A stretch of 38,972 bases of DNA. It comes from Phycisphaeraceae bacterium. Lineage in GTDB: Bacteria; Planctomycetota; Phycisphaerae; Phycisphaerales; Zrk34. Positions 19,259-30,454 of the stretch are shown here, piece by piece (position 1 is the stretch's first letter; every line of letters begins with the position of its first letter). Below the pieces are notes generated by a model. It was not told where the DNA came from and made no database searches. It saw only the letters and a program-made list of their open reading frames with translations. Made by a program: the position numbers and the translations under genes. The stretch spans positions 1 through 38,972 of the forward strand of contig JBBDRF010000039.1 in NCBI GenBank assembly GCA_040905565.1. The letters run 5' to 3'.

Positions 19259-20876
19259 GCAATTCGACGAACAACTCCTGCTGGCCTACGTGGAAGGCGA
19301 ACTGGATGCTGCCGACGTGGCACGCGTTCAGGGTTGGCTGCGCGAGGACGCCCGGCTGGCGTCGCTGGTGGAGAGCATGATCGCCGACCGCGACGCCCTT
19401 CGGCAGATGCCCGCCCCCCAGGCCCCGCCCTGGCTGATGGACGAAGTGAATCGCCAGCTTGAGCGCGACATGCTGATGGACGGCGTGCCCCAGGAGGCCG
19501 GCCCTATCGCCATGCCCCACCGCCCCGTGCTGCGTTCGATCTTCACCGGCGGGGCCGTCGCCGCCATGCTCGCCATCGTCGGCGGGCTCATCGCGTACTC
19601 CATCACCGACGTCAATCCCGCCCGCGAGTTCGCCCAGCAGATCGGCCTCATCCCCCCCACCGCCACCACCACCGTCGCCGACGCCACAACAGAGGCCGCC
19701 GATGGGGAACCTGCCGCCCCGCTCGCAGAGGCCGACGACGGACCGCCCGCCCTTGCCGACGCGGGGCTGGGTGAAGCCGCAGGCTCGGCACCCGAGGCCG
19801 ATTCCGCTCTGGCCGGTGCTTACGATCTGGACCTGCTCACGATGGCGCCGCCCAGCATCTCGTCGCGCCTCGAGCCTCATCGTCCGCAACCGGGGACGTT
19901 GGTCGATGATTCATTTGATCGCATCGCCGCCGCCGAGGCCGGGCCGCAGATGTCCGCCGACGATCTTCAGCAGCGGCGGCTGGGCCAGAAGGCGGCTCGT
20001 GATTACGCGCCGATGCCCGAGTTGCTCGCTGACGCTGAGCATGCAGCCGAATCGATCGCCGCCGGCGCTGCCATCAGCCCGCTCGACGGCACCAACGTCG
20101 GCGCGCAACCGATGACGCAAGCCAAGGCCGCCGAACCGCTGCTCCAGCTTTCCGACGGCATGGACACGCTGCTCGACCCGCTCGCGGTGAGCGCGCCGCA
20201 CAGCCTTCGCGATCATCCCACGCAGGTGCCTTCGATTTCCTCCGCCCTCAGCAAGCCGTTGGCGCTCGATCTGCCCTACCGCTTGAGCCCGCAACAACTT
20301 CGGACCGAGCCGATCCCCGACTTCGCCGATGCCTCCATGCCGCTCGCCAACGAACCGCTCGCCCTGCGTAGCGCCAAGGTCACCGCCCCCACCACGCTCC
20401 GCAGCCGGGAAGGGTTCGACGCCCCCGCCCCGAAAGAGAATGCCACGCGCGTTCAGCTGCGTGCGTTGCTCGAGCAGCGTGTCCTTCCGCATCAGCTTCA
20501 GCTCCGCATCGAGGCCGACCCCGCCGTCGCGATGGAGCACCTCCAAGCCTTCGGCAAAGTCCCCGAAGCCGCCACCGATGCCGAGGCCCCCACGCGCCTT
20601 TTCGAACTGGCGATCGTGCTGGATCGTCTCGAAGCCTTGATCGATGCACTGGAGCAGGACGACCGCGTCACGGCCGTTCATCTCACCCGTCAGCAAGTCC
20701 TCGCCGCCGGCGAAATCCCCGGCCGCCCCAGGCGCGACACCACCTTCCGCGAGCTCTGGCCCTCCCTGGTGCCGGACTACGAAGCCGTCCTCCGCCACAG
20801 CTTGCCCGAGGAGCCAGCCGAAGCCCCGCCCGTGCCGCTCCCCGTCCGCATCGCCCCACCGGCCGTGCCCGAGTGA
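19251..20876 (+). CDS. Putative membrane-anchored anti-sigma factor with long Pro/Ala-rich extracytoplasmic region
   Basis: Overlaps sigma stop by 8 bp; N-terminal LLLAYVEGELD..RV...L anti-sigma-like helix; one TM segment near residues 97-118. Confidence 0.75.
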   Translation: MAEQFDEQLLLAYVEGELDAADVARVQGWLREDARLASLVESMIADRDALRQMPAPQAPPWLMDEVNRQLERDMLMDGVPQEAGPIAMPHRPVLRSIFTGGAVAAMLAIVGGLIAYSITDVNPAREFAQQIGLIPPTATTTVADATTEAADGEPAAPLAEADDGPPALADAGLGEAAGSAPEADSALAGAYDLDLLTMAPPSISSRLEPHRPQPGTLVDDSFDRIAAAEAGPQMSADDLQQRRLGQKAARDYAPMPELLADAEHAAESIAAGAAISPLDGTNVGAQPMTQAKAAEPLLQLSDGMDTLLDPLAVSAPHSLRDHPTQVPSISSALSKPLALDLPYRLSPQQLRTEPIPDFADASMPLANEPLALRSAKVTAPTTLRSREGFDAPAPKENATRVQLRALLEQRVLPHQLQLRIEADPAVAMEHLQAFGKVPEAATDAEAPTRLFELAIVLDRLEALIDALEQDDRVTAVHLTRQQVLAAGEIPGRPRRDTTFRELWPSLVPDYEAVLRHSLPEEPAEAPPVPLPVRIAPPAVPE

Positions 20877-20939
20877 GCGCGACGACCACTTACTGACGTG
20901 CGTGGCTCCGATTCCGCGTGTGGTGATAAATCCGGTCCG

Positions 20940-20948
20940 TGTTAGAAT
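20940..20948 (+). promoter_or_regulatory. Extended -10 promoter candidate for tpx
   Basis: TG-T-TAGAAT about 45 bp upstream of the ATG. Confidence 0.45.
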
Positions 20949-20993
20949 GGCTGCGAATCGACCTATTTTTCGCTTTCCCGAAAGGCTTTATTG

Positions 20994-21509
20994 ATGAACG
21001 AGCAGCCGAACGCGGTGACATTCAAGGGCAACGCCATGACGCTCCAGGGCGACCCCATCGAAGCCGGGCAGAAGGCCCCGGACTTCACGCTGGTCGCCAA
21101 TGACCTGTCTCAGAAGAGCCTCAGCGACTTTGCCGGCAAAACCGTGATCCTCTCGGTGGTCCCCTCGCTCGATACCGGCACCTGCGACGCCCAGACCCGC
21201 CGTTTCAACGAAGAAGCAGCCAAATTCGGCGACAACGTGGTCGTCCTCACCGTCAGCCTCGATCTGCCGTTCGCTCAGAAGCGATGGTGCGGCGCTGCGG
21301 GCATCGAGCACGTCACCACGCTTTCAGACTACCGCGATCGTCAGTTCGGGCCCAGCTACGGCGTCCTCCTCAAAGAGCTCGGCCTGCTCACGCGCGCCGT
21401 CTTCATCATCGATCCCGAAGGCGTCGTCCGCTATAAGCAGATCGTGCCCGAGGTCGCGGAAGAGCCGGACTACGCCGACGTGCTCAACGCACTGCAACAG
21501 CTCGCCTGA
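20994..21509 (+). CDS. tpx: Thiol peroxidase (atypical 2-Cys peroxiredoxin)
   Basis: VTFKGN, VPSLDTGTC, DLPFAQKRWCG, EPDY. Confidence 0.96.
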   Translation: MNEQPNAVTFKGNAMTLQGDPIEAGQKAPDFTLVANDLSQKSLSDFAGKTVILSVVPSLDTGTCDAQTRRFNEEAAKFGDNVVVLTVSLDLPFAQKRWCGAAGIEHVTTLSDYRDRQFGPSYGVLLKELGLLTRAVFIIDPEGVVRYKQIVPEVAEEPDYADVLNALQQLA

Positions 21510-21543
21510 TTCAGCCCGCGTGCCTGACAAACGACGCTCCTAC

Positions 21544-21566
21544 ACCCGCCGATCGGCGGGTTTTTT
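21544..21566 (+). terminator. Intrinsic terminator of tpx
   Basis: CCCGCC-GATC-GGCGGG followed by T6. Confidence 0.85.
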
Positions 21567-21613
21567 CTTGCGCAATCGCGGTTCAAACATGGTAGCCGGT
21601 GGTGCGTGCGTTT

Positions 21614-22732
21614 ATGATGCCCGGTATGGGTGATAAACCGCGAAAGCCAGATTCGGATTCGGAATTCGAGCCGATCCCGCTTGCCGACCCCGATCCACCG
21701 CCTGAGGCCCCGAAGAAGGATCGGCCCAGGAAACGTACGCCCAAGCCGCCGCACCCGCTCCCCGAAGCCGGTGCAGCCTCGACCTCTGCCGCCTCGGCCT
21801 CGCAAACCGTGACGGTGGGGCAGCGGCCTTCATCGCGCCAGAGCACCGCTGACAAGGTGCACTGCCATCAGCATCCCGAGGAAATCGGCAAGTGGTGGTG
21901 CAGCGTCTGCCAGGCCCCCGTCTGCCGCGACTGCGTGGTCATCGAAGATGATCGCTCAGCCAAACGCCCCGTCGCCTACTGCAAGGGCTGCGGCAAGCCG
22001 TGCAAGCTGAACAAGGCTGCCAAGTACAGCGACGAGTACGACAACAGCCCCTTCCGCGCCCGCCTGGCCCGAGGCTTCGCCTACCCCGTTCAAGGCTACA
22101 ACTGGGTCATTCTGCTGATGCTTTCGGTCATCATGGCCGCCCCGCTGCTGCTCAGCCTCGCCTTTCCGCTCGTGCTGATCGTGTTTTTCCCGTTCGTCGC
22201 ACTTTGGCTGGTGACGTGGATGTTCGACGTGCTCGGCGAATCCGCACGTGGCAGCCGCGACATGCCCAACCTCGCACTCCCCGTTGATTTCTGGCAGGAC
22301 CTCGTCCGTCCCGTCGTCCTTTTCCTGTGCGCCTGGTTCGCCAGCTTCGGCCCCGCGCTGATCGCCTGGTACTACATCCCAGAAGAAGTCGGCGTGCTGG
22401 GCTACGCCCAGATCATGGCCGTGCCGCTGCTCGCGATCGCGGGGCACATCGTCTTTCCGATGATGATGCTGGTGGTCACGCTGTACGAATCGCCCCTCGC
22501 GATCCGCCCCAGCCTGATCATCGACGGCATCAACACCATGGGCATCGACTACCTGATTCTGCTGGTGCTGCTGGCGCTGGTGCCGATGGTCGTCTCGTTC
22601 GCCCTGACGATGGTCGGCCCCTTCGCCGTGGTCCTGGCCGTGCCTGCGGCGCTGTACCTCATGGCGTTGAACATGCACCTGCTGGGCCAACTCTACCACG
22701 CGAACCGGCGAAAGCTGGGGTGGTTCATTTAA
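21614..22732 (+). CDS. Multi-pass membrane protein with N-terminal Pro-rich region and B-box-like zinc finger
   Basis: CxxH-x8-CxxC-x4-CxxC then CxxC-xxx-C, followed by about 6 TM helices starting FAYPV. Start uncertain (21599-21626). Confidence 0.75.
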   Translation: MMPGMGDKPRKPDSDSEFEPIPLADPDPPPEAPKKDRPRKRTPKPPHPLPEAGAASTSAASASQTVTVGQRPSSRQSTADKVHCHQHPEEIGKWWCSVCQAPVCRDCVVIEDDRSAKRPVAYCKGCGKPCKLNKAAKYSDEYDNSPFRARLARGFAYPVQGYNWVILLMLSVIMAAPLLLSLAFPLVLIVFFPFVALWLVTWMFDVLGESARGSRDMPNLALPVDFWQDLVRPVVLFLCAWFASFGPALIAWYYIPEEVGVLGYAQIMAVPLLAIAGHIVFPMMMLVVTLYESPLAIRPSLIIDGINTMGIDYLILLVLLALVPMVVSFALTMVGPFAVVLAVPAALYLMALNMHLLGQLYHANRRKLGWFI

Positions 22733-22947
22733 GCTTACTTCGTTCGCGGCCCGCGTCCGCACTTCGTTCAGAAGTAACAACCACAGAGGCACAGAGGGGG
22801 AGGAGAAAACAAAGGCAGAGGTATCGGACTTCTAACTTCCGATTTCTCTCCCTCTTACCTCCTCTTCCTCCTTCAGTCAGTAACCGTTAACCGATCGCAC
22901 CTGCAAAGTGTGTAGCCCCGGCTCATGGTGACGTTGCTTAGTGGTGA

Positions 22948-23925
22948 TCAGGGGACGAGGAAGGAATCGCTGACGTTGGCGGGGCCTTCGGTGCCAGTGT
23001 AGTAATCAAACCCACTGTTGCCGGCATGGAAGATGTTGTCGCGACCGATGACCGGCTCCTCGTTCCACCGCACTTCACCCGTCGTCAGCAGCACGTTCTG
23101 GCCGCCTTCGTGGTTGAGGGAACTGGAGTCGGCAAGTTCGAGCCGAAAACGACCGGGCTCAAAGAACGGATTCTTATCCGCCAGAACAGCAATGGCGGGG
23201 TCGCGATCCATACGGTGCTTCTTCACAGCATACTGATTCTGATAGCTGAAGCTGACCGCCGCGGCGGAGCGCCAATCACGCTGCCCGTCGTGGATGTCGG
23301 CGACGGCGTTGGGGTTTTCCGAACAGTTCAGGACGCCTAGCCGCACGTAGCCGCCGCGTGCGAGGGTGAACAGGTGAGCTGAGTTGGAGCGGGTGGAGCC
23401 GTCGTCGTTGAAGCGGTTGGTCTCCCACCACGGATCGCCCAGATTGGCGTGCGTGGCGGGCATCTGGCCGTTGTGATCGAGGCCGTAGCTGCCGAGCGCA
23501 ACGCCGGCCGAGGCAAGGTTGGATTGACAGGCGATCTGGCGTGCGACGGTGCGGGCGTTGGAGAGGACCGGGAACAGCAGCGAGATCCCGACGACGACCA
23601 TGGCCGCCACCGTGACCAGTTCGCGGACGGAGACGCCGCCGGGCGTCCGCGCCATCGTCAGGGCCTGGATCTGCTGGGAGAAACGCTCCTGCTGGCGCGA
23701 TCGGCTGATCGCTTCGAGCGTGCGTGCCGTGAGAAGATCCTGCCCCGAGGCCTCGGGCAGATCCAGCAGCGACATCAGCGCCATGACGCGCTCCGCACGC
23801 TCGTGCTGATGGCTGGGCAATCTGCTGACCTGGTAACCTTGCTCGACCAGGGCATCAAGTACCTGCCGGTCGGCTTCGCTTAGCTGGGCAATTTCATCAG
23901 GGCGCATGGGCCGATTCTCTTTCAC
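22948..23925 (-). CDS. Putative anti-sigma factor fused to a pilin-like DUF1559 module
   Basis: Directly downstream of an ECF sigma; ~90-aa soluble N-terminus, then GG|VSVRELV-TM-PVL..AR..AR...CQSNL...Y..D...P, and C-terminal H-X9-TG. Start GTG 23925 or ATG 23907. Confidence 0.8.
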   Translation of the reverse strand: MKENRPMRPDEIAQLSEADRQVLDALVEQGYQVSRLPSHQHERAERVMALMSLLDLPEASGQDLLTARTLEAISRSRQQERFSQQIQALTMARTPGGVSVRELVTVAAMVVVGISLLFPVLSNARTVARQIACQSNLASAGVALGSYGLDHNGQMPATHANLGDPWWETNRFNDDGSTRSNSAHLFTLARGGYVRLGVLNCSENPNAVADIHDGQRDWRSAAAVSFSYQNQYAVKKHRMDRDPAIAVLADKNPFFEPGRFRLELADSSSLNHEGGQNVLLTTGEVRWNEEPVIGRDNIFHAGNSGFDYYTGTEGPANVSDSFLVP

Positions 23926-24039
23926 GCAGCGGAGTCAGTGTGTGGACCAGAAAAATCCACGTCTCTTCCGATCGACCGGCTCACGGGAGCGGCGTCGGCG
24001 AAAAGCTTAAAACGAGCCATTGTACTCGAGCCATCGTTA

Positions 24040-24669
24040 CTACGACGTCCCGGAGTGAAGGTTCACACGTTTCCAGAGTTTGGCGAAGGTCGCAACCGCC
24101 GTATGCAGCCGGCTTTTTACCGTACCAAGCGGAATCTGGAGCATGTCGGCGATCTCGTTGTACGAAAATCGCTGAAAATACGAGAGTACAAGTATCTCAC
24201 GTAAGTGATCAGGCATCTGATCGATTGTACGTTGCACCAGGGCTTGAAGTTCATTTTCCTGAAGCTTTTGATCGGGCAAAGGCAGATCGCCTTCGAGCAG
24301 GTCCACAAAGGTCTGCCCCCCCTCGCCGCCCGCCCCGCCCACTGGCGCATCAAGCGGAGCAGCAGGACGCCTGGCGCGTTTACGCATGTAGTCACGGGCC
24401 TTGTTCGAGGCGATCGTGAAAAGCCAGGGCTTGAAGTTGCGGTCCGTGTCGAACGTTTCCGCTGAGAGATGCACCTGAAGGAAGGTTTCCTGGAAGACAT
24501 CTTCAGCTGCGGTCCTGTCGCCGGTGAATCGCAACAGGAAGTTCAAAAGCTCGCTGCGATAGCGGTTAATGAGCACTTCGAAGACTTCGATCTGTCCGCG
24601 ACGATAGCTCTCGACAAGCTGTTCGTCGCTCATCGTGGTCGGGTTCTGCTGTCCGGACGGATCCGCCAT
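24040..24669 (-). CDS. ECF RNA polymerase sigma factor
   Basis: AEDVFQETF, FKPWLFTIASN, YNEIADMLQIPLGTVKSRLH. Confidence 0.93.
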   Translation of the reverse strand: MADPSGQQNPTTMSDEQLVESYRRGQIEVFEVLINRYRSELLNFLLRFTGDRTAAEDVFQETFLQVHLSAETFDTDRNFKPWLFTIASNKARDYMRKRARRPAAPLDAPVGGAGGEGGQTFVDLLEGDLPLPDQKLQENELQALVQRTIDQMPDHLREILVLSYFQRFSYNEIADMLQIPLGTVKSRLHTAVATFAKLWKRVNLHSGTS

Positions 24670-24696
24670 GGTGTGCCCAATGCCCTAAGGCACCGC

Positions 24697-24724
24697 ATTA
24701 TAAGGCTTGACGCCGCGGCCACAA
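24697..24724 (-). promoter_or_regulatory. Sigma70-type promoter candidate for the ECF gene
   Basis: Minus strand TTGTGG-N16-TATAAT; the perfect -10 lies 27 bp upstream of the ATG. Confidence 0.5.
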
Positions 24725-24769
24725 TCGGCCATGCCCCCAATGCTTGCGCAGAGAGGACCGTGGCAGCGC

Positions 24770-24808
24770 AAAAAAGCCGCCGGCCGAGTTTGTGGCTCGA
24801 CCGGCGGC
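24770..24808 (-). terminator. Intrinsic terminator of the large secreted-protein gene
   Basis: Minus strand GCCGCCGGTCGAG-loop-CTCGGCCGGCGGC-TTTTTT, 23 bp after the stop. Confidence 0.8.
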
Positions 24809-24831
24809 GGCGTTAAAGGTGCTGTCGATGC

Positions 24832-27111
<2,280 letters not shown>

Positions 27112-27625
27112 CAAGCAGACCTCCAAAAGATTGGGAAGATTCTCCGCACGCCGCAGCCGCACCACCGCACCATGCGATGTCTCACGGCTGACAGCCGACG
27201 CGCTGCCGTGCTGACGTGCGGGCTCCGAAACTCACTCCTGCGTCGCCGACCCGACATGAACATCTGCACCGGCATCGGGCGAACGCTGATGGCTGCCTAA
27301 TGTACGCCCCTACCTTTCGAATACAAGAACGATTTCCCGTCTCGACCGAACACAAAACGCGAGACATCAAACACTTACACACACCCATTCAGCCGCCACG
27401 CCGTCCATGCCCGTTATAAACCACCCCCTCGCACGTGACCGCCGAACCTGAATCATCGGCCCCCGCCAAGTCTTGCAGCAGCCGCAGCCAGACCACCAAC
27501 GCACAGCTACAACAGCAGCAGCGTTCGCCTGACCAACCGCTTCGTGTTTAAGTGGTTCCCAAAATTCCCTGCCCCCCACCGCTTTTTCGTCCGGTGAGCA
27601 CCGCCCACCACGAACCCACGACGCC

Positions 27626-27699
27626 AAAAGAGCCGGGTTATCCCCAACCCGGCCCGCCCCACATCTACCAGACCCGGCTTGAGGACAAGCCGGCTCTTT
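27626..27699. repeat. REP-like inverted doublet of family C (copies 3 and 4)
   Basis: AAAAGAG-CCGGGTTA-TCCC-CAACCCGG (+) and AAAGAG-CCGGCTTG-TCCT-CAAGCCGG (-), downstream of glmS. Confidence 0.8.
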
Positions 27700-27738
27700 C
27701 CCCGTTTTCCCAATCAGCAATCAGCCATCGAGAATGAC

Positions 27739-29592
27739 TCACTCCACCGTCACGCTCTTCGCCAGGTTCCGGGGTTTGTCGACGTCGTGGCCGCGCAGCA
27801 CCGCCGCGTGATACGCCAGCAGTTGAAGCGGGATCACCGTCAGCAACGGCTGCAACGGCTCAGGCACCGACGGAATCCGGAACACCGTCTCAGCGTAATC
27901 GTTAATCCGCGTATCCCCTTCATCCGCCACCGCGATGATGCGGCCGCCCCTTGCCCGCACCTCTTCAATGTTCGACATCGCCTTCTCGTACTGGCTCCCC
28001 TGAGGCACCACAAAAACCACAGGCATCCCCTCATCAATCAGCGCAATCGGCCCATGCTTCATCTCCGCAGCCGGCATCCCCTCCGCATGGATGTAGCTGA
28101 TCTCCTTCAGCTTCAACGCCCCCTCCAACGCCACCGGATAGTTGTACCCTCGGCCCAGGAAAAGCCAATTGTCTCGGTCGATCACCTTCGCCACTTCGTC
28201 ACGGATGTACTCCGACTGTTTGGTGACGTTCTCGATGTGCTGCGGGATCTTCTCCAGTTCCTTCAGGTACCCGCTGAGCTGGCTGCTGCTGAGGAAGCGC
28301 CGTCGCCCGATGTACAAAGCCATCAGCGTCAGCACCGTCACCTGCCCCACAAACGCCTTTGTCGAAGCGACCCCGATCTCGGGCCCAACATGCAAGTACA
28401 CACCCGCATCCGTCTCCCGCGCAATCGATGACCCCACCGCGTTCACCACGCCGATGCCCAGCGCCCCGCGCTCCCGGGCTTCACGCAGGGCCGCCAGTGT
28501 GTCAGCCGTTTCGCCCGACTGACTCATGGCGATGAGCACCGTGTTGTCTTCAATGATGGGATTGCGGTAGCGGAACTCCGAGGCATACTCCGTCTCCGCC
28601 GGAATCTTCGCCAGCTCCTCCAGCAGATACTCGCCCACCAGCCCCGCATGCCACGCGGTGCCCTGCCCGGTCAAAATGAACCGCCGGGCGCGCACCAGCT
28701 CCCGCGCGTAAGCGGCAAGCCCGCCGAGGACGACCTGGCTCTCATGCGGATCAATTCGGCCGCGCAGCGCGTTGGTAATCGACCGCGGCTGCTCCATGAT
28801 TTCCTTGATCATGAAGTGCGGATGATCGCCCAACTCAATTTGCTCCAGCGACATCTCCAGTTCCTGAATCTCAGGCGTCACGGGAACATTGTCGATCGTC
28901 GCGGTGCGCATCTCCGGCCCGTCAACCGCGAGGTGCAGTCGGGCGACCTGGTAATCCTCAAGCGTCACCACCTGCGACGTATGCGCAATGATCGCCGCGG
29001 GATCCGAAGCAGCAATGAAGCTGTTCTCGCCGATGCCGATCATGATCGGCGACCCCTTCCGCGCCACCACCAGCGTGTCAGGCTCATCCGCACAAATCAC
29101 CGCAATGGCGTAAGCACCGGTCACCTCACGCAGTGCCGCCCGCACCGCCGATTCGAGATCGTACTTGCCGGTCTGGTACAGCTGCCCGATCAGCTTCGCC
29201 AGGACCTCCGTGTCGGTCTCGGTCGTGCAGGCGATGCCCTTTTCCTTAAGGTAAGTCCTCAAGGCTGCATAGTTTTCGATGATGCCGTTGTGCACCAGTG
29301 CGATGCGACCGGAAGCGTCGGCGTGAGGATGGGCGTTGTTCTGCGTCGGCGCACCGTGCGTGGCCCAGCGCGTGTGGGCGATGCCAAGGTGCCCTTCAAT
29401 GTGCCCGTTCTCTTCAAGATAATTTTCCAGCACGCTGATGCGACCGGCACTGCGCGCCAGCCGAAGCTGTTGGTCGCTGCCCAGCAGCGCGACGCCTGCG
29501 GAATCGTAGCCGCGATATTCCAGCCGCTTTAAGCCCTCAAGCAGCAGGTGTTCAGCGGGTTTATTGCCGAGGTACGCGACGATTCCGCACAT
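27739..29592 (-). CDS. glmS: Glutamine--fructose-6-phosphate aminotransferase (isomerizing)
   Basis: MCGIV, LEYRGYDSAG, HTRWATHG, SQSGETADT, EGALKLKE, PRNLAKSVTVE. Confidence 0.98.
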   Translation of the reverse strand: MCGIVAYLGNKPAEHLLLEGLKRLEYRGYDSAGVALLGSDQQLRLARSAGRISVLENYLEENGHIEGHLGIAHTRWATHGAPTQNNAHPHADASGRIALVHNGIIENYAALRTYLKEKGIACTTETDTEVLAKLIGQLYQTGKYDLESAVRAALREVTGAYAIAVICADEPDTLVVARKGSPIMIGIGENSFIAASDPAAIIAHTSQVVTLEDYQVARLHLAVDGPEMRTATIDNVPVTPEIQELEMSLEQIELGDHPHFMIKEIMEQPRSITNALRGRIDPHESQVVLGGLAAYARELVRARRFILTGQGTAWHAGLVGEYLLEELAKIPAETEYASEFRYRNPIIEDNTVLIAMSQSGETADTLAALREARERGALGIGVVNAVGSSIARETDAGVYLHVGPEIGVASTKAFVGQVTVLTLMALYIGRRRFLSSSQLSGYLKELEKIPQHIENVTKQSEYIRDEVAKVIDRDNWLFLGRGYNYPVALEGALKLKEISYIHAEGMPAAEMKHGPIALIDEGMPVVFVVPQGSQYEKAMSNIEEVRARGGRIIAVADEGDTRINDYAETVFRIPSVPEPLQPLLTVIPLQLLAYHAAVLRGHDVDKPRNLAKSVTVE

Positions 29593-29867
29593 GTTTCTGC
29601 TCCAGACAGGTGATCAAAGTCATAAGACATCGGCTCGAACGGGCCTCCGCTCCAGCCGGTTCGATTGTAGCGGTACGCCCATCGTGCGTTACCATTCGGC
29701 GACATGGGGCAGAAATCATGCGAGGAACCCGGGAGATTTCCCGATCCTCCGCCCCTTCACCGCCGTATGCTCTACAAGGAAGTGTGGCGAAGCAGTCGGC
29801 CCGATTTAAGGCAACCCGCCCGCCGGCCGATAAAGCAAGTGAGTCTATTCTTCGAGGCTTTGCGTTC

Positions 29868-30413
29868 ATGACGAATCTTCATCACCCTGCTTCGACCACC
29901 GAACCGTTCGCGCCGACGCTGCCTGACGCCGGCGAGTGGTTCGTCCTGCATACCCGCAGTCGACAGGAAAAGGCGCTCGCTGCGGATTTGGCCGCGCGGC
30001 GCGTGGGGCATTTTCTGCCGCTGATCAAGCAGATGCGCCAGTACGGCCGCCGAAAGATGCCGGTGCAGATGCCGATGTTCCCCGGCTACCTGTTTCTGCG
30101 GGGATCGCTGGAGCAGGTGTACGAGGCCGACCGCACCCGCCGCGTTTCGCAGATCATTCGCGTGTCCGACCAGTCGCAGATGGACTGGGAACTGCGTAAC
30201 ATCAGCCAGGCGTTGTCGCGCGATGTCGTCTTCGATCCATATCCTCATCTCACGCGTGGACGTAGAGTAGAGGTGCGGTCGGGGCCGATGCGTGGCATTC
30301 AGGGCCGGGTCGAAGACCACGTGAAGCCCGACCGCCTGCTGCTGCAGGTGGAGATGCTCGGGCGGGCGATGTCGGTCGAAATCGACGGCGCACTGCTCGA
30401 CTGCATCGATTAA
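29868..30413 (+). CDS. NusG-paralogue transcription antiterminator (UpxY/RfaH-like)
   Basis: WFVLHTRSRQEK, FLPL, PMFPGYLF (NGN); GRRVEVRSGPMRGIQG (KOW). ATG 29868 is the plausible start, not 29610. Confidence 0.9.
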   Translation: MTNLHHPASTTEPFAPTLPDAGEWFVLHTRSRQEKALAADLAARRVGHFLPLIKQMRQYGRRKMPVQMPMFPGYLFLRGSLEQVYEADRTRRVSQIIRVSDQSQMDWELRNISQALSRDVVFDPYPHLTRGRRVEVRSGPMRGIQGRVEDHVKPDRLLLQVEMLGRAMSVEIDGALLDCID

Positions 30414-30454
30414 ATCTTTGTCAGCATTCAAAACTTTGAACATTGGGGGGATAC

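Noticed and set aside
27711..27735. CAATCAG-CAATCAG-CCATCGA heptamer run after glmS
   Set aside because: Only two exact units; too short to support a call.
29593..29867. glmS ribozyme or ops/JUMPstart element in the glmS / NusG-paralogue spacer
   Set aside because: No AGCGCC ribozyme core on the minus strand and no GGCGGTAG on the plus strand; only a TACAAT -10-like hexamer for glmS.
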